A stretch of 64,000 nucleotides of DNA from Nitrosopumilaceae archaeon (GTDB lineage Archaea; Thermoproteota; Nitrososphaeria; Nitrososphaerales; Nitrosopumilaceae), in contig CBDBMG010000002.1 of the NCBI GenBank assembly GCA_965207375.1, positions 608,001-672,000 on the forward strand. The letters are read 5' to 3'. Positions 27,477 through 43,357 of this stretch are shown here, one piece after another. The notes beneath the pieces are model-generated. The model did no database searches. It saw only the letters and a program-made list of their open reading frames with translations, and was not told where the DNA came from. A program made the position numbers and the translations under genes. Positions within the stretch are counted from its first letter, which is position 1; every line of letters begins with the position of its first letter.

Positions 27477-29471
27477 ATGGAGAGTGAATACCAGTTAGCG
27501 CTTGATCCTGAAGCTAAGAAGCGGTATAAAGAGAAGCTGGTGTTGATTCTGAAGAGTTACCCGATCCGTATGCTGTTTCAGATGAAAAATGGGTAGATGA
27601 CATTACCAAGTGGCCAAGTGTGGAATATGGAGATATTTACAATTATCTTATAGATTCAAAGGGTCGTTATACAAAAGAATCGCTGAAGGCCTTCAAGTCT
27701 TTAGAGGCCTACAATTACTTTGTTAGTGGGCATGTCAGAACTGTTTATTTGTATGAGCCTTCGGAACAGAGTAAGTATGTCATTCTAATGGCAGAGGTGA
27801 ATCCCAGCCAGAAGTCACCAAATGGTCCCCATAAAGCCTGGGTTATTGTTTGTAAAAAAGATGGAGAAATAATGATTGGCCACTGTAAATGCAAGGCTGG
27901 GTAAGGAAGCACATATGTGTATCATCCATCATTTCACATTTTCTGTTTGTAGGAGGGGTGAGGTCTGTAGTCATGTGGCTGCACTGCTGTTTAAAGTTGA
28001 GGCTGCATGTCGACTGGGGTACAATCGACCTACATGTACATCCTTGCCATGTGCCTGGAACCAATCATTTTCCACCAAAGTAAGACTTCATAAAATATTT
28101 TAGCTAATATAGTCACTCAATGTATTTATTGCAGTTTGACCCAGCATTAGTTGTGGATATCAATTTCATAAAGCCAGATCACAAGAAACCAAGTGAATCA
28201 TCAGCACCCACTTCAACAGCAACTCAACCTTCAACTAGACAATCACTGATGGCTCAGCAATCTGAAGTTAATGTGGACAATTTCTATCAGGCACTCCATG
28301 CAATTATCCCCGGTGCATGCATTTTCACTTCAGTTCCAGTTCCTTCTGCTGAGCCAGAATCAGATGTTGTAATAACAACTGCGGCTACAGTAAGTTGTAC
28401 ACCAGCACCAACTGAATATCAACCCGATGTCAGGGATGCACCAAGTGATGAATCTGCTTCAGTTTTGACTATAGCAGATAACGAGGCAGATGAATGTCAG
28501 ATTCTTGTAGCAAATAATGCTGAATGTCAGACTCCTGTAGTAGATACTGCAAACAATGAGGTGGTGGATTATCAGATTCCTGTAACAGATAATGCAGACA
28601 ATGAACCGATTCCTGCACCTTTAACTGCTTTGCATCAAGAAAAGTATGAATATCAGCATGACTCTGTTGTATGGAGAGAACAGCGAAATGGGCGCTTGAC
28701 AGCTTCAGTCTTTCACGATGTGTATGTCCGAAAAGAATCAACAAATCCTGAACCACTCGTAAAGCGAATCATGGAATATGAGCAGAGTGACCTCAGTTAT
28801 ATTGCGGCTATCCACTGGGGAGTCCAAAACGAAAGTGTTGCAAGGCAGCAGTACACCACTATGATGTCCGCAGGCCATGAAGGATTTACATGTAACTTGA
28901 GTGGCCTTTGGATCAATCCGCTTTATCCACACTTGGGAGTAAGTCCTGATGGTATAACGACTTGTAGCTGTTGTGGAGATGGCCTGTTGGAGATTAAATG
29001 TCCATTTTCAGCCAGACATGCTAGCTCTCTTAATAATGAACCTGTGCTTTCTTGACAGACACAGGTTATTTGAGCCGGAAACATCGCTACTACACTCAGG
29101 TTCAAGGTCAGCTCATGGTTAGTGGCCAGTTATTTTGTGACTTTTTCATTTGGACCCCTACTGTTTACAAAGTTGAGCGAATATACCCTGATGTGCACTT
29201 TTGGGAGAAATTGGAAAAACGGCTAACATCGTTTTTTATAGCCAATGTACTCCCTGAGATTATGACCTGCAGACTAAAGCAAGACGACAATGAAAGTGAC
29301 AAAGAGAATCAAGTTTATTGCACATGCCAGAAACGCAGTACAGGGCGAATGATAGCATGTGACAATCGTCAATGCAAGTATCAATGGTTTCATTACAAAT
29401 GTGTGGGAATCAAACGAGCCCCAAAAGGTGATTGGTTTTGTACAGATTGTAAGATAGCCAAATTAGTATAA
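27477..29471 (+). pseudogene. SWIM zinc finger + YqaJ/lambda-exonuclease + ING-type PHD protein (spliced, frameshifted)
   Basis: Introns 27901-27952 and 28080-28134; splicing restores HCKCKAGRGEVCSH (SWIM); WREQRNGRLTAS, WGVQNE, LGVSPDG, LLEIKCPF, YYTQVQGQL (YqaJ); YCTC...MIACDN..C..QWFH..CVG...W.C..C (PHD); frameshifts near 27540 and 29050. Confidence 0.9.
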
Positions 29472-29577
29472 TCGCTTTCAATTATTACATAATATAACAC
29501 ATTGTATATAATTTATTGTAATCACTTATAATTACATGTACATAGCTAACACATTAAAGAATTACACATATTTAAAT

Positions 29578-31140
29578 TCAAGTCACTAATGGTGAATGTA
29601 GGTTACACAATGCAGCACAGGTAAAAACTATTTTATCTATCGTTGCAGATTCTGTTTCATGGTCTCGCTTGATAAGACTGATTGGTAAAGTTGACTGGAG
29701 GATTTTATAGTTCATCATTCTTCCAATGGCCCTCTCAACGTGGATCCGAATATTAGAGAGCTGTCTAGAAAACTCTACTTCCCGCTGTGACAACTGGGGT
29801 TTTCCCTTAGTAAAAGGTGGAATGGCTAATGATGCTCCAACCATGGCAAGATCATCTGCAAATACCAAGTCCCCATATTTCAAATGCCTCATCAAGCCAC
29901 TGTTTACTGTCAGATGCCGATCAGACACACGACCTCCCCAACACTTGGATATAAAAGACACTGCTCCTGTTGGGGTTATAGCTACAAGAAATTTTACTGT
30001 GTTATGACTTTTATAGTTTGAATAGGTCTGACCTCTGGCTGTTAAAGATGTAGGCCTTTGAATAAACACTTCAGAGCAATCTATTATGCAAACAGCTTTG
30101 GAATAACGTGGCTTGAAGCAACTAGGCATATGTGTAACAATCATTTCCTTGTCTGGCCATACAATCAATGGCTGGAGCCCCTGAAACATGACATCAATCC
30201 ATCTATGAAAAATTCTAGTCACTTTTGATTCATGAATTTCAAACATACTTCCTATAACTTGATTTGTAAATGCTTGTGAAATTTTCATCAAGGTTACCAA
30301 CAGCTCATCGTCTAAGGTCAATCCTGAACCAAGACTCTTTTCTTTGGTAACAAATGGGGTAAGATGGGTTAAGATCAACGCAAAGACATTGTAAGATGGT
30401 AGTCCTGTAAATAAATGAGTTTGCTTATCATCATTTTTGATCTTTAAGGCCATACTTGAAGTTTGGTGAAGTTGTCGCATCAACAAAACTTTATCTTCTT
30501 CTGATCCACGTAACTTTTCCACTGCTTCCTTCAATTTCATCTCAGTTGCCTCAATAACTTCCTTGGCTGCTTCCAAACACCCCGCTAAACTAATAACCTT
30601 TTCATTTACTTCCTTCAGGTCTCCTTCTGTATGCAACAACTTTTCTTTCAATTCCATAAGCTCTGGGGGCTGAACATGAAGGCTAAGTTCACCAGATGAA
30701 TGTGGTAAGGCCTCAATGTGAGGGCTGGGTTCTTCAGGATTCAAGTCTGTAACATCATCTGGTTGTTGAAGCTCTGTTTCTGTGTCATCTGAGTCATCTT
30801 TGGAGTCCCTTTCACACTCAGGAAGTTGAGATTGCCTTTTCCGCCTCGCTTGCAGTCTTTCATACCTGTCAACATTATCCCTCTGGACAGCAACATTACT
30901 TGTGGTGAAACTGAATAATGAAGGCACATAGTCAGGGTTATTCGGGAAACGAGACGGCTTTCTTGAAACAAAATGTAGTTGGCAGACCATGCTGTATTCA
31001 TTCGGCGTCCAGTTTTCGCGTTTAATCGCTCTAATCCAACTATCTCGTCTACTAGGATCGGTTGGAAAACGAAATAACTTCATCCCTTTCTCTTTACTGT
31101 ATCGACTAGTACAATTCACAGCACAACAAGTGGCAGGCAT
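29578..31140 (-). CDS. THAP + coiled coil + HTH + DDE_Tnp_4-type transposase (520 aa), probably inactive
   Basis: THAP CCAVNC...FRFP...W...VCQLHF...PDYVPSLF; IIDCSE, YSNYKSHNTVKFL, WGGRVSD, RIHVERAIGR; the usual ADRGF motif reads ADDLA. Confidence 0.92.
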   Translation of the reverse strand: MPATCCAVNCTSRYSKEKGMKLFRFPTDPSRRDSWIRAIKRENWTPNEYSMVCQLHFVSRKPSRFPNNPDYVPSLFSFTTSNVAVQRDNVDRYERLQARRKRQSQLPECERDSKDDSDDTETELQQPDDVTDLNPEEPSPHIEALPHSSGELSLHVQPPELMELKEKLLHTEGDLKEVNEKVISLAGCLEAAKEVIEATEMKLKEAVEKLRGSEEDKVLLMRQLHQTSSMALKIKNDDKQTHLFTGLPSYNVFALILTHLTPFVTKEKSLGSGLTLDDELLVTLMKISQAFTNQVIGSMFEIHESKVTRIFHRWIDVMFQGLQPLIVWPDKEMIVTHMPSCFKPRYSKAVCIIDCSEVFIQRPTSLTARGQTYSNYKSHNTVKFLVAITPTGAVSFISKCWGGRVSDRHLTVNSGLMRHLKYGDLVFADDLAMVGASLAIPPFTKGKPQLSQREVEFSRQLSNIRIHVERAIGRMMNYKILQSTLPISLIKRDHETESATIDKIVFTCAALCNLHSPLVT

Positions 31141-33289
31141 TTTGACCTACAAAATGGCAGAAATTATTGCTCACGTGAAATATGTTGCGTAATTATTGAC
31201 CACGCCCATAAAAGGCAACCCGTCTATAGGTAACATATCAGAGGACAAATTTACAAAAAACTTGCTAATGAGTAACTTTCGTTTAACACCTAACATGTTA
31301 AATATAGGTTTCACGGAAAGTTTCCATAATTATACGAATGGTGCTATTACACCACCAAAACTGGCATCTTGTTGTGAGTTGGTCCGGTGAAGGAGATTAA
31401 TATTTTGTAGGTTGTTTAGACCCTTTTGTGATAAATTATCTGTACATTTTGGAGTGTTCTAAATCACTTAGACCCTTTTCATGTTTACTTAGACCCTTTC
31501 ATGTTTATAAATTTACATGTGTTTTGATTGGTTTAAATAATAAGCAATAACGTGTCAATAGCGTGCCCGTAACTTTGGCTAAGGGTGAGCGTTAAAAAAG
31601 GAAATAATTACCAGGCGATACTATTACTAATTACTCAAGTAATTACTGCTACAATAACTCAAACGGGTCTAAATTAGTTAAACCTCAAAACCTACGTAGG
31701 TTGCAAGAGTTATTTATGTGTTACAAAGTATTTTCAGTGTGTATTTGTTTTTGCATAGATAGCACATGGTTTTGGCTTTACCAGTGTGAATGTAGTAGTA
31801 ACAATGAACCATGTTAGTATCCATAACTCAGTTTAAAATTAACTAATCAACATAAAATTTTGGCGCCCGTTGCGTCTCAAGCGTCTACACATACTTTTAT
31901 CATCAAAAATTCTGTGGTGTGAAGTGTGTTGGTTATATTTAGATGTCCAGGTTAAGTTTTATTCTATTGTTTTAGTACCTCATTCTTATTGTGGTGTGTA
32001 TATTTTGAATTCCAGTTGTAAGGAGCAACAGGTAGATTTATCCTTGCCATATGTACTTCTGGTAGTATTTTATCTTTTAAGTTGTATGAAATTGTATAGA
32101 GATTAGTTTAAGTGCATAGGCGATACCACGGAAGTTTCGTAAAGTATTCTGTAAAGGCTACCCACAGAAGAAATCAGCAAAGAAGTCTGTAGCAAAGGAG
32201 GCTTCCTTGGCTTCCAGTGATGAGGAGAGCAGTGTGTTTGATACCACTGAGGTTTCTGTTCAAACAGAGATTACGCTTACCTTTACGATTAGTGTGGAAG
32301 TTCAGTACAATCCATCCAGACTGTTATAAATTAGACACTGCCATACAGTCTGATCTTACCATCCATCCCAATTGTTATAAGTTAGATGCCGCCATTCAGT
32401 GCAGCATAGAAAAGGAGAACAAGGAAAATTTACCTCCACAAGACAGCAGCGTAGAGTACATTATGTGTGAATGGAACAAGGATGAGAAATTTTATCCACT
32501 TGTAGAAAAGCACAAAGGAGTTTTTAAAGATGTATCAGGTTAGACAAAATCCTCTGTTTGTTTAAACATTTAATGCACGATAGTGAGCAAAAAAAGTTAA
32601 CATTTCGTAGCCATATATAAAATTACAATTACGCTGCTAATAGCTTTTACAAATTTTTACAAATTGTTACTATGCACCTATTATGATCCTAGTACGCCTC
32701 TACTACGTTCCATTGTATCAATAAGTTACACGTTGTTGTGAATGTTGGCACGTACATACAGTATATAGCTACCAAGCCAACGAGTGGAAACGGTAGTGTA
32801 AACTCGTGCACATGGTATAAAAATCAAAGTAGTTTCGTACATTTAGCTGCAAATCATTATTAGTAGGTAGATTGCTAGCTATACGTAGGTTTAGATGATT
32901 GAATTTTGAAATATGAGTATATATAGGTCTAGCGTTGGTTGCAACTATTTTGTTATATAGGGAAGAGCTTCAAAGAACAGCAGATATGCTATATTTATAA
33001 TCCAAAAGTACATGAATTCTTGACAAACATCCAGTCTCTTCGTGCATGTGGTTTTGAACATCAATATTAATATTATCATGCATACATGTTTATTTGTAAA
33101 ATGTACTACACATAAATAGATTTTGAGCTACTGTTGTTGCTTTCAGCAAATACTTTACTCCGCAGTGACTTTGTCTTGTTAGTCCCTTTCTTTGCAGCTT
33201 GTTTGTACATCTCCATTAATCATTTTGCAAATGAAAAACCTCAGATTACAAACCACTTTTGATAATCTTCTCTAAGCATTACGTAGCTG

Positions 33290-34258
33290 TTTCTTCTTCA
33301 ACACACTCAACATTGTGTCTAAATTACTTGAATACATCATTCATGACAAAGTCATAAAAGATATTTCAGATCAAATCTCTGATTTTCAATTTCATGAAAA
33401 ACCAATCAACTCTTCAGCAACTACTAGTTTTTCTCAATGCCATCCACAAAGCCAACAAAACTCAAATCGATGTACGTAATATACTTGGATTTTGCTAAAG
33501 CTTTTGACCGGGTCCCCACAAGGAATTACTATCAAAACTTTGGACAATTGGAATTACTAAAGATCTATGGCTATGGTTCAAGTCCTATCTTACTGGGAGA
33601 TGTCAATTTGCTTGCATAAATGGCTCATGTTCAAACTTTTTACCAGTCTTATCTGGTGTACCTCAGGGTAGTATACTGGGGCCTCTCCTTTTCCTAGTTT
33701 ATATAAATAATTTATTCTCATCAGTTCAATTCTCTCATACACTGTCTTTCACCGATGACACTAAGAGCTTCAAACTTATTCACAAGGATCAAGATATCCA
33801 ACAGCTACAGCAGGACCTAGAATCTTTAGCCAAATGATCTGAGGACTGAAATCTTTTTTTCAACACAAATAAATTCATACACCTGAGTTTCAACACGAGA
33901 TCTACCACATCATAGTGTTAATGGCACCCCAATTGTATCCACTAGCACACATCGAGACCTTGGTACTACAATTTCTTCCAATCTCTCATGGAATGAACAC
34001 TACACTAGTACATTAGCCAAAGCTTATTGTACCCTTGGGCTACTTAGGTGTATGTTTAGCAATACTATCAATATTCAAGCCAAAAAATCTCTCTACATAT
34101 CATTAATAAGGTCTCGACTATTGTATTGCTCACAAATATGGCATCCATATCTTCTTCGTGACATCACTGCACTAGAACAACTATGTCGTTCTACTAAATT
34201 CATTCACAATGACTATGTGTCTGACTATAAAACACGCCTAATCAAACAGGAACTGATG
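33290..34258 (+). mobile_element. LINE (CR1/L2-like) reverse transcriptase remnant
   Basis: IYLDFAKAFDRVP, SGVPQGSILGPLLFLVYINNL, FTDDTK, LYISLIRSRLLYCSQIWHPY; frameshifted. Confidence 0.9.
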
Positions 34259-34908
34259 TAGAGGAGGAGCAAAGCATTGTGGCTAACCGTGGCAGTAAGA
34301 AGGATGCTGAAGGAGAGGTCGAGCAAGAGGAGTAAATTGTGAGGGTGAACAGGGAGATGACGAAGAAGTCTCTGAGGCTACAAGATGTCAGGATGGCCAA
34401 AGTGTCACCCAACATTGATATTCAGCTGAGCGCCATTCCACAAGAGATTTCTGCAACAGCATGGGGCGTGCTACCTCGAAGGGGGAGGCGATATAACAAT
34501 GACAAACATTATAAGGTAAGTTGGGATAACTTTGTGAGTGGGATAACTTCCGCGATTTTCAACTTTTTCGATGTGTAACTTCTGATATACTGGAGCAACA
34601 AGCCTAATATCTACTGTGAATATAGCTGAACCTATAGTGAATAACTTGCATCCAGACAATAGATATTAAGTGCTCTGGTTGTGGTAAAACAGCAGTTTAT
34701 TCATAGACATGCAAAACATTACTATCTTAAAAACTTTCCCACTTGTACCTATCTGCAACTTTTCATGAAAAATATCTTATGTATGCCGCACAAATACAAC
34801 ATTAGTTAAACTTGACTACCTATAGCAGTCGGTTTATACGGTTGCTATGGGATTATTTTCGTGTCCCGCTAGCACACTAGATAGTTTGTTTGCATGCGCA
34901 TGTTCAAA

Positions 34909-35030
34909 ATGCCTCAAAGCTATAAGAAAGCTGGTACCAGGAATCATTGGACTACAGACCAATTACACAAGGCAAAAGAAGCTGCTAAGAGTGGACAACT
35001 GAATACTAACAAAGCCGCTGAGAAAAATCA
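34909..35030 (+). pseudogene. Psq-type HTH start of a pogo-like transposase, truncated
   Basis: MPQSYKKAGTRNHWTTDQLHKAKEAAKSGQLNTNKAAEK. Confidence 0.5.
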
Positions 35031-35859
35031 CGAAGTTACCCCATTGCGTATTTTTACGTCACTAAATGCCTCAAAATTTTCAAACAAAGCGCTTCGCAAA
35101 TTTACTTTACGTTTGCTGTGTTTATGACCGAAGTTCAGGTAACACCAAAATGCTGCAGTTACAACGTTTCAACTAAAGGATAATATGTTGCCATAAACAT
35201 ATTTCAGTGAAAGAGAATATGGCATTTTAAAATATCAACAAGGTTGTATTCCTTTCATCTAAAGTTTTCCCAGCTGTCAATATATTTGTGATGATTTCCA
35301 TGTTGTATCAAAAGATTTCGTAATACTCTGTAATCACAGCAAATGCTGTAGATCTTTTGATAATCTACTAAACACTGTATATTTGTTGAGATTATAGTAT
35401 TCTGCATTTTTTTAAACTAAATGTTATAAATACACTTGAGATTGCTGCAACTTTCATTCCTTTAAATAAACATTTTAATTGCAGTAGGGATTGAGACAAC
35501 TCCTTTAAACTAAACATTTTAATTGCAGTAGGGATTGCGACAACTTTCATTCCTTTAGTATAGTTATGCAGTGTATACACACAGTCATGAGTTGGGATTG
35601 CGACAACTTCTACTTCTTTGTTAATTGCAGTGAGGATTGTGACTCCTTTATATATATATGAAACCTCTTGATAACTGTTGGAATTATTACTACCAGTGTG
35701 TCCAGACCGATACTTAAAAGCCATAGCTAGAATATAGCTAGCTAGCTAAACTCAGACATACCTATATACATACATATGTACAAAGTGATTTATGAATCAC
35801 CATCAGTAGGCATTACAAAATTAATTAGCTATTAGCCATACAGATTCCTTTCTTCATAA

Positions 35860-38450
35860 AATTATCAATCACTGACCAGCTGAAAGTTCTATTTAATCGC
35901 CAAGGTTTCTACAGCGACCTTGCTCATCGTTTTAATCGATATCAAACCGACAACATTGAGGATATTTATAATGGAGTCAAATACACACAATACATGAAGA
36001 AAGGAAAATTTTTAGCTAACAGAAACAACATATTACTTATATGGTAATGGAACACTGACGGAACACCAGTTTTTAAGTCTTCAAAATACAGCATTTGGCT
36101 TCTCTATTTGGCAATTAATGAACTTCCTGTTAATAAACGATGGTCTAACAATAATGTTATATTGGCAGGTTTATGGTTTAGCTCTCAAAAGCCAAATATG
36201 TTAACCTTTCTGCAGCCATTTAAAGAATCTATTTCCCATTTGTACACAGAAGGTGTAGAAATGTTTTCTCCAGATATACAAGGTAACTTTCTCTGTCGTG
36301 CTTTATTGTTTTGTGGAACATGTGACTTATCAGCTAAGGCCATTGTATACAACATAACTCAGTTTAATGGTTACTTTGGATGCACTCATTGTTTACAAAG
36401 TGGAAAACAATTATCACTTGGCTCAAAATCATCTGTGCATGTTTATCCCTTTATTCCAGCTAATCCCACAGGGCCTGATCGTACCACTAAACAGTTGGAA
36501 AAATTTAGTTAATAAGCAACAGAGAAAGGAGAAGTAGTTAGTGGAATAAAAGGTCCCAGTTGGCTATAAACCATTCCTAATTATAATGTAGTAGATGGCA
36601 ATTGTATAGACTGCATGCACTGTGTTCTCCTTAGTGTAACCAAAATGCTTCTAAAGCTCTGGTTTGACAGTGAATATCATGGTGAGTTGTGGTACTGTGG
36701 TACCAAAATTGAAGGGGCTAATTCAAAGCTGATGCAAATTAAACCACCTAATAATATTACTCGAGTTCCCAGAAGTATTGAACACAGAAACTATTGGAAG
36801 GCATCAGAATGTCGTGCTTGGTAACTCTACTACTCTCTTCCTGTGATGTTCAATATCCTTCCTGCAGATTACATAGGACATCATATGCTACTTGTAGAAA
36901 CTGTGCATACACTTCTGTAAGGTTGTATCACACCTACTATGCTTAAAAAGGCAGAAAAACTGATACAGCATTATTGCTTTAAACTGCAGTATTACTATTC
37001 AGAGCGCTTCATGACAGCTAATGTACACCATCTGTTGCACATGCCACGAGTTGTTTCTGATTTTGCTCCACTCTTTGGATACTCTTGTTTTCCTTTTGAA
37101 GGGCTTAATGGTTATTTGCTTAAGCAGATCAAAGGAACCCAACATGTAGCATTACAAATAATAGAAGCTGTTACATTGTCCAAGAAACTCTCAAATAGCA
37201 CAAACTAAACTGTCACTACAGTCTGAGGCAGCAGAGTTATATTACAATATGACGTCTGCAATACAAGTTCCTGAAAGTGCTCAAAATATTGGAGGAAAAG
37301 ATTTTGCCATTGGAACGATAGAAAAAAGGGATCAACTACCAGATATAATTCAAAAGGAAGTTAAATGCAAAGGTAAACAGTTTGAAATTTTTTAAAAAGC
37401 ATCAGATGGCACAAGCATAATGCATTCATTACATTGCGATTGATCAAAAAAAGAAACAGTTATACTGTATCATATCACAATAAGGAAGAACTTTGTCATG
37501 GACAGATCCTATACTACTTTACTGATTATTCACAAATTTTTGCAGTTATAGCTCCATTCACCAATTCAATGTTAGACTATTTTCCCAAGGATGACATTAC
37601 AAGCTGTACAGTTCCACAAATGCATGTGTATAAAAGTATAGAAGACAGCAATCTTCAAGTCATTTCATTGTCTTCAGTTCGTCTTTGCATATCAGTCTCC
37701 TTTAACCCTTTAACCCGCAAAATATTAATAAAATTTTTTACCTGGAAATCGCACCACTATTTTAGTTTTCACGCAAGCTCCAAAGGCCCATTGAAAGCCC
37801 CAGCAATGGCCGAGTGCGAAGCGCACGCACTATTTGTTATACATAAAACAAATCTACGATTTATAAGCTATCTAAATATCTAAACAGTTATATTGTATGG
37901 ATAAAAACTCACTGGTTATGAAGCAATAAACAAGACGGCTTCATTTTCGCTGAAATGAACTTCGGATTCACCGTAACGGCCGCCATTTTTATTTAATATC
38001 GATAACCGATATTTCATCAGATGCAGAATCACGTGAGGAATAAAATGGACGCGACCAGAAGTTCGTACAACCAACGACGGCCGAGTTATGGCCGTTTTTG
38101 TGGCCCCATGTAGCGAAAAGGAAGAAGAAAGGTTCCTTTTTGTTTATTTGAGCCTTCCTGAGGGTGGATGCTTTTATCGGAGATTTTTGCCGATGCGACC
38201 ATTCTGTACAGAATTTAATGGTGAGTAATAATATATAAAAACTTTTATTCTAGGCCTTATAGGATTGAAAGCATGGCAGTTTGTTTGGTTACGGGTGGAA
38301 ATTACCACTATAGTGGCATATGCGATTTCAGTGCTATCACGCAATAATACGCATTATACCACTATAGTGCCATATGCGGGTTAAAGGGTTAAGCAATTAC
38401 CATCAACTACCTTTATTATTAATCAACCCAACTTGTTTGAAAGAGACTAA
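35860..38450 (+). pseudogene. CACTA/EnSpm (CMC) transposase pseudogene
   Basis: WNTDGTPVFKSS..SIW, AINELP, NVILAGLWF, TCDLSAKA...QFNGYFGCTHC, GIKG, DCMHCVLL, WKASE, NVHHLLH, SCFPFE..NG; C-terminus NQPNLFERD* restored after removing the piggyBac MITE. Confidence 0.9.
37706..38388. mobile_element. piggyBac-family MITE
   Basis: TIRs ccctttaacccgca / tgcgggttaaaggg with TTAA on both sides. Confidence 0.92.
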
Positions 38451-38616
38451 ATAATATACTTATCTATACAAATTATACAGTGTAAATTAATGTAAAATTG
38501 ATGTAATTGACTTAATGCATAATAAATGTACAAATACATAAAAATGCAAACTGTCCAAAACTCTGTTATATCAGATGACTGTGGCTATATAGCTATATAC
38601 TGCATGTATATACATA

Positions 38617-39713
<1,097 letters not shown>

Positions 39714-39730
39714 CTCTATGTATAATCCTA

Positions 39731-40245
39731 CTAGAATGATAAAAATTAAAAATTCAAAGGTAAGTAGGGATTGAATTCAATAGTGCTACAAAAAGTAAGG
39801 AAACAAGGAATAAGATTTTGGGATGAGAACATTCTGGCATGAGATAATTTATAAAAGTTTAATCCCTACTTTTGGCAAATCTACTGAAGTGAGCCAAAAG
39901 TAGGGATTAAACTTTTATAAATTATCTCATGCCAGAATGTTCTCATCCTAAATCTTATTCCTTGTTTCCTTACTTTTTGTAGCACTACTGAATTCCTACT
40001 TACCTCTTAAATTTTTAATTTTTTATCATTCTAGTTTGTTTGCTTTTTATACATGCTAAGCATTCATAATAATCTTCACACAAAATCTTACATGCGCTTG
40101 TTAACAACGCGCTTACATGGCAAAGCAGCTGTGTGACAGCAAATAACGCTCGAAAAACAGCAAAACCTATTTGTGCAAGGCTATAATCTCAAAGTTCATG
40201 GTGTAATAGCGAAAAGAAAACATCATGCCACTGTAACTAATTATA
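39731..40245 (-). mobile_element. Same family, copy B (5'-truncated, opposite strand)
   Basis: Palindrome 39731-40034 followed by the reverse complement of the element body. Confidence 0.8.
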
Positions 40246-41508
40246 TTAAGGTGTAATAAAGTACTACAAAATATCCGGGTCTGACCCGGACTCTGCACAT
40301 GCGATATTAATGGTGTCGAATTAAGTGTGCCTGAGGGCAACGATATCACAATATCTCCTCAAGATATTTCGAGATGGGTGACTATACATTGGTATTAGAG
40401 GGATTGACTGTATAATTAGAGTATTTTGATGGCGTCCGCTGCGCACTTCGAAAGTTTGTTTATAAAATTAAAATATACTGCTTTTCAGTGATCACTTGTT
40501 GGGAATTAGGATATGATTAGGATTAATGCCGCATGAAAATGTTACACAGGTCATCCAGTAGGGCCCACGCCCAGTTTATGCATGCAAGAAAGCCGAGAAT
40601 ACTATAGATCCTTAACTGTATGGTTAAGGATCTATGAGAATACATACGAATAAAGCTGTGTTTGGTTAATATATAGCCTGCATCTACATGCTGTAACGCA
40701 GAACCAATTAGTAGTGCCCAGAATGTAAGTTTCAGCACACGCCTCTACTTTAATTAAACCGGGCCACATCCGGGTCTGACCCAGATTACTATCCGGGTCA
40801 GTGATGCTGACCCGGTTTCAACCCTGCTCTCTATAGCTTTTCTCAGGGATTGATGGTCTCCTGCTCGAATAGGATTTAAGTCGAGGTTTCAGCAACTTTG
40901 AAAAGTTTGGTAGTAAAGTTACTCTAAACCCTTATTCTTCGCTTATTTCAGTTGTTTAGTCTAAAGGTTCTTACTTGGCTTAAATATTCTATACCCAGAA
41001 TTTATAAGATATAGCTAGCTAGCTAAACTCAGACATACCTATATACGTACATACGTACGATTGCAGTAGTCTCGGCAGTAAGTGATGACTTTCATCAAAA
41101 AGCTCTAACGCTCAACAGTTGCAAACTTAAAGACAAGTATTTATACACTCGCACATCGCTGTGTTCCTTCCTTTGTGAAATTGTTTAGTCCAAAGGTTAC
41201 TAGACGTCCTAAATCATCCCATCTATCACTTCATTTTATTAAAAGAACTACAGCTCGCTCCAAATACAGCTCAAAACAATTTGTTGTGTTAAAAGAAATT
41301 TTGGTCGCCACCATCCCTACCATCTTAATTTGTTTAATCCAAAGAATTTATAAATATTTGTAATTCCAATGTAAATGTATTCTTTCAACAAAACTTTCGC
41401 TGTAATTACACCCTCTGAAATTTCCTTGTTACAAACTTTTGCCTTCATCTTCTTGTTATAGCTATATATTCCTGTTTATGACCATGGGTAACTTGCATAC
41501 AAAGCTTA

Positions 41509-43068
<1,560 letters not shown>

Positions 43069-43093
43069 TTATGTACATAGCGTAAATATTATA

Positions 43094-43315
43094 CCGTAAA
43101 ACCGGAAACTTTGACGAAGGGAAACTTTGACAAAGGGAAACTTTGACGAATTCTTACTACAAAAGCCTTTGACAAAATAAACTTTGACGAATTGCTTGAC
43201 ATCTTCATAGAAAAGGTAGTTATTTGGGTATATTGATTTGTTAAAGTTTGGCGAATTCACTCGGATTTGTTAAATTCGTCAAAGTTTCCACTCGCCAAAG
43301 TTTCCGGTTTTACGG
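43094..43315. mobile_element. MITE with TA TSD
   Basis: TIRs ccgtaaaaccggaaactttg / caaagtttccggttttacgg; internal aaactttgac repeats. Confidence 0.85.
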
Positions 43316-43357
43316 TAATTGCTTTTTTTTAAAAGTCACGAAGTTACCCCCGACTTA

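Larger units (their letters stand above)
27368..31225. mobile_element. Full-length ISL2EU-type (PHIS/Harbinger-related) DNA transposon, 3858 bp
   Basis: 83-bp TIRs (27368-27450 and 31143-31225) starting agacgggttgccttttat; AT flanks (TATA context); two convergent genes: THAP-DDE transposase and YqaJ exonuclease. Confidence 0.92.

Noticed and set aside
28650-29250. Phage or endogenous virus suggested by the YqaJ domain
   Set aside because: The gene has spliceosomal introns and lies within TIRs of a DNA transposon; no viral structural genes seen.
27365-31228. Kolobok or TATA-TSD classification of the 3.86-kb element
   Set aside because: The palindromic TATA flank makes the boundary ambiguous, but the DDE_Tnp_4-type transposase plus YqaJ with an AT TSD fits ISL2EU better; no TTAA is present.
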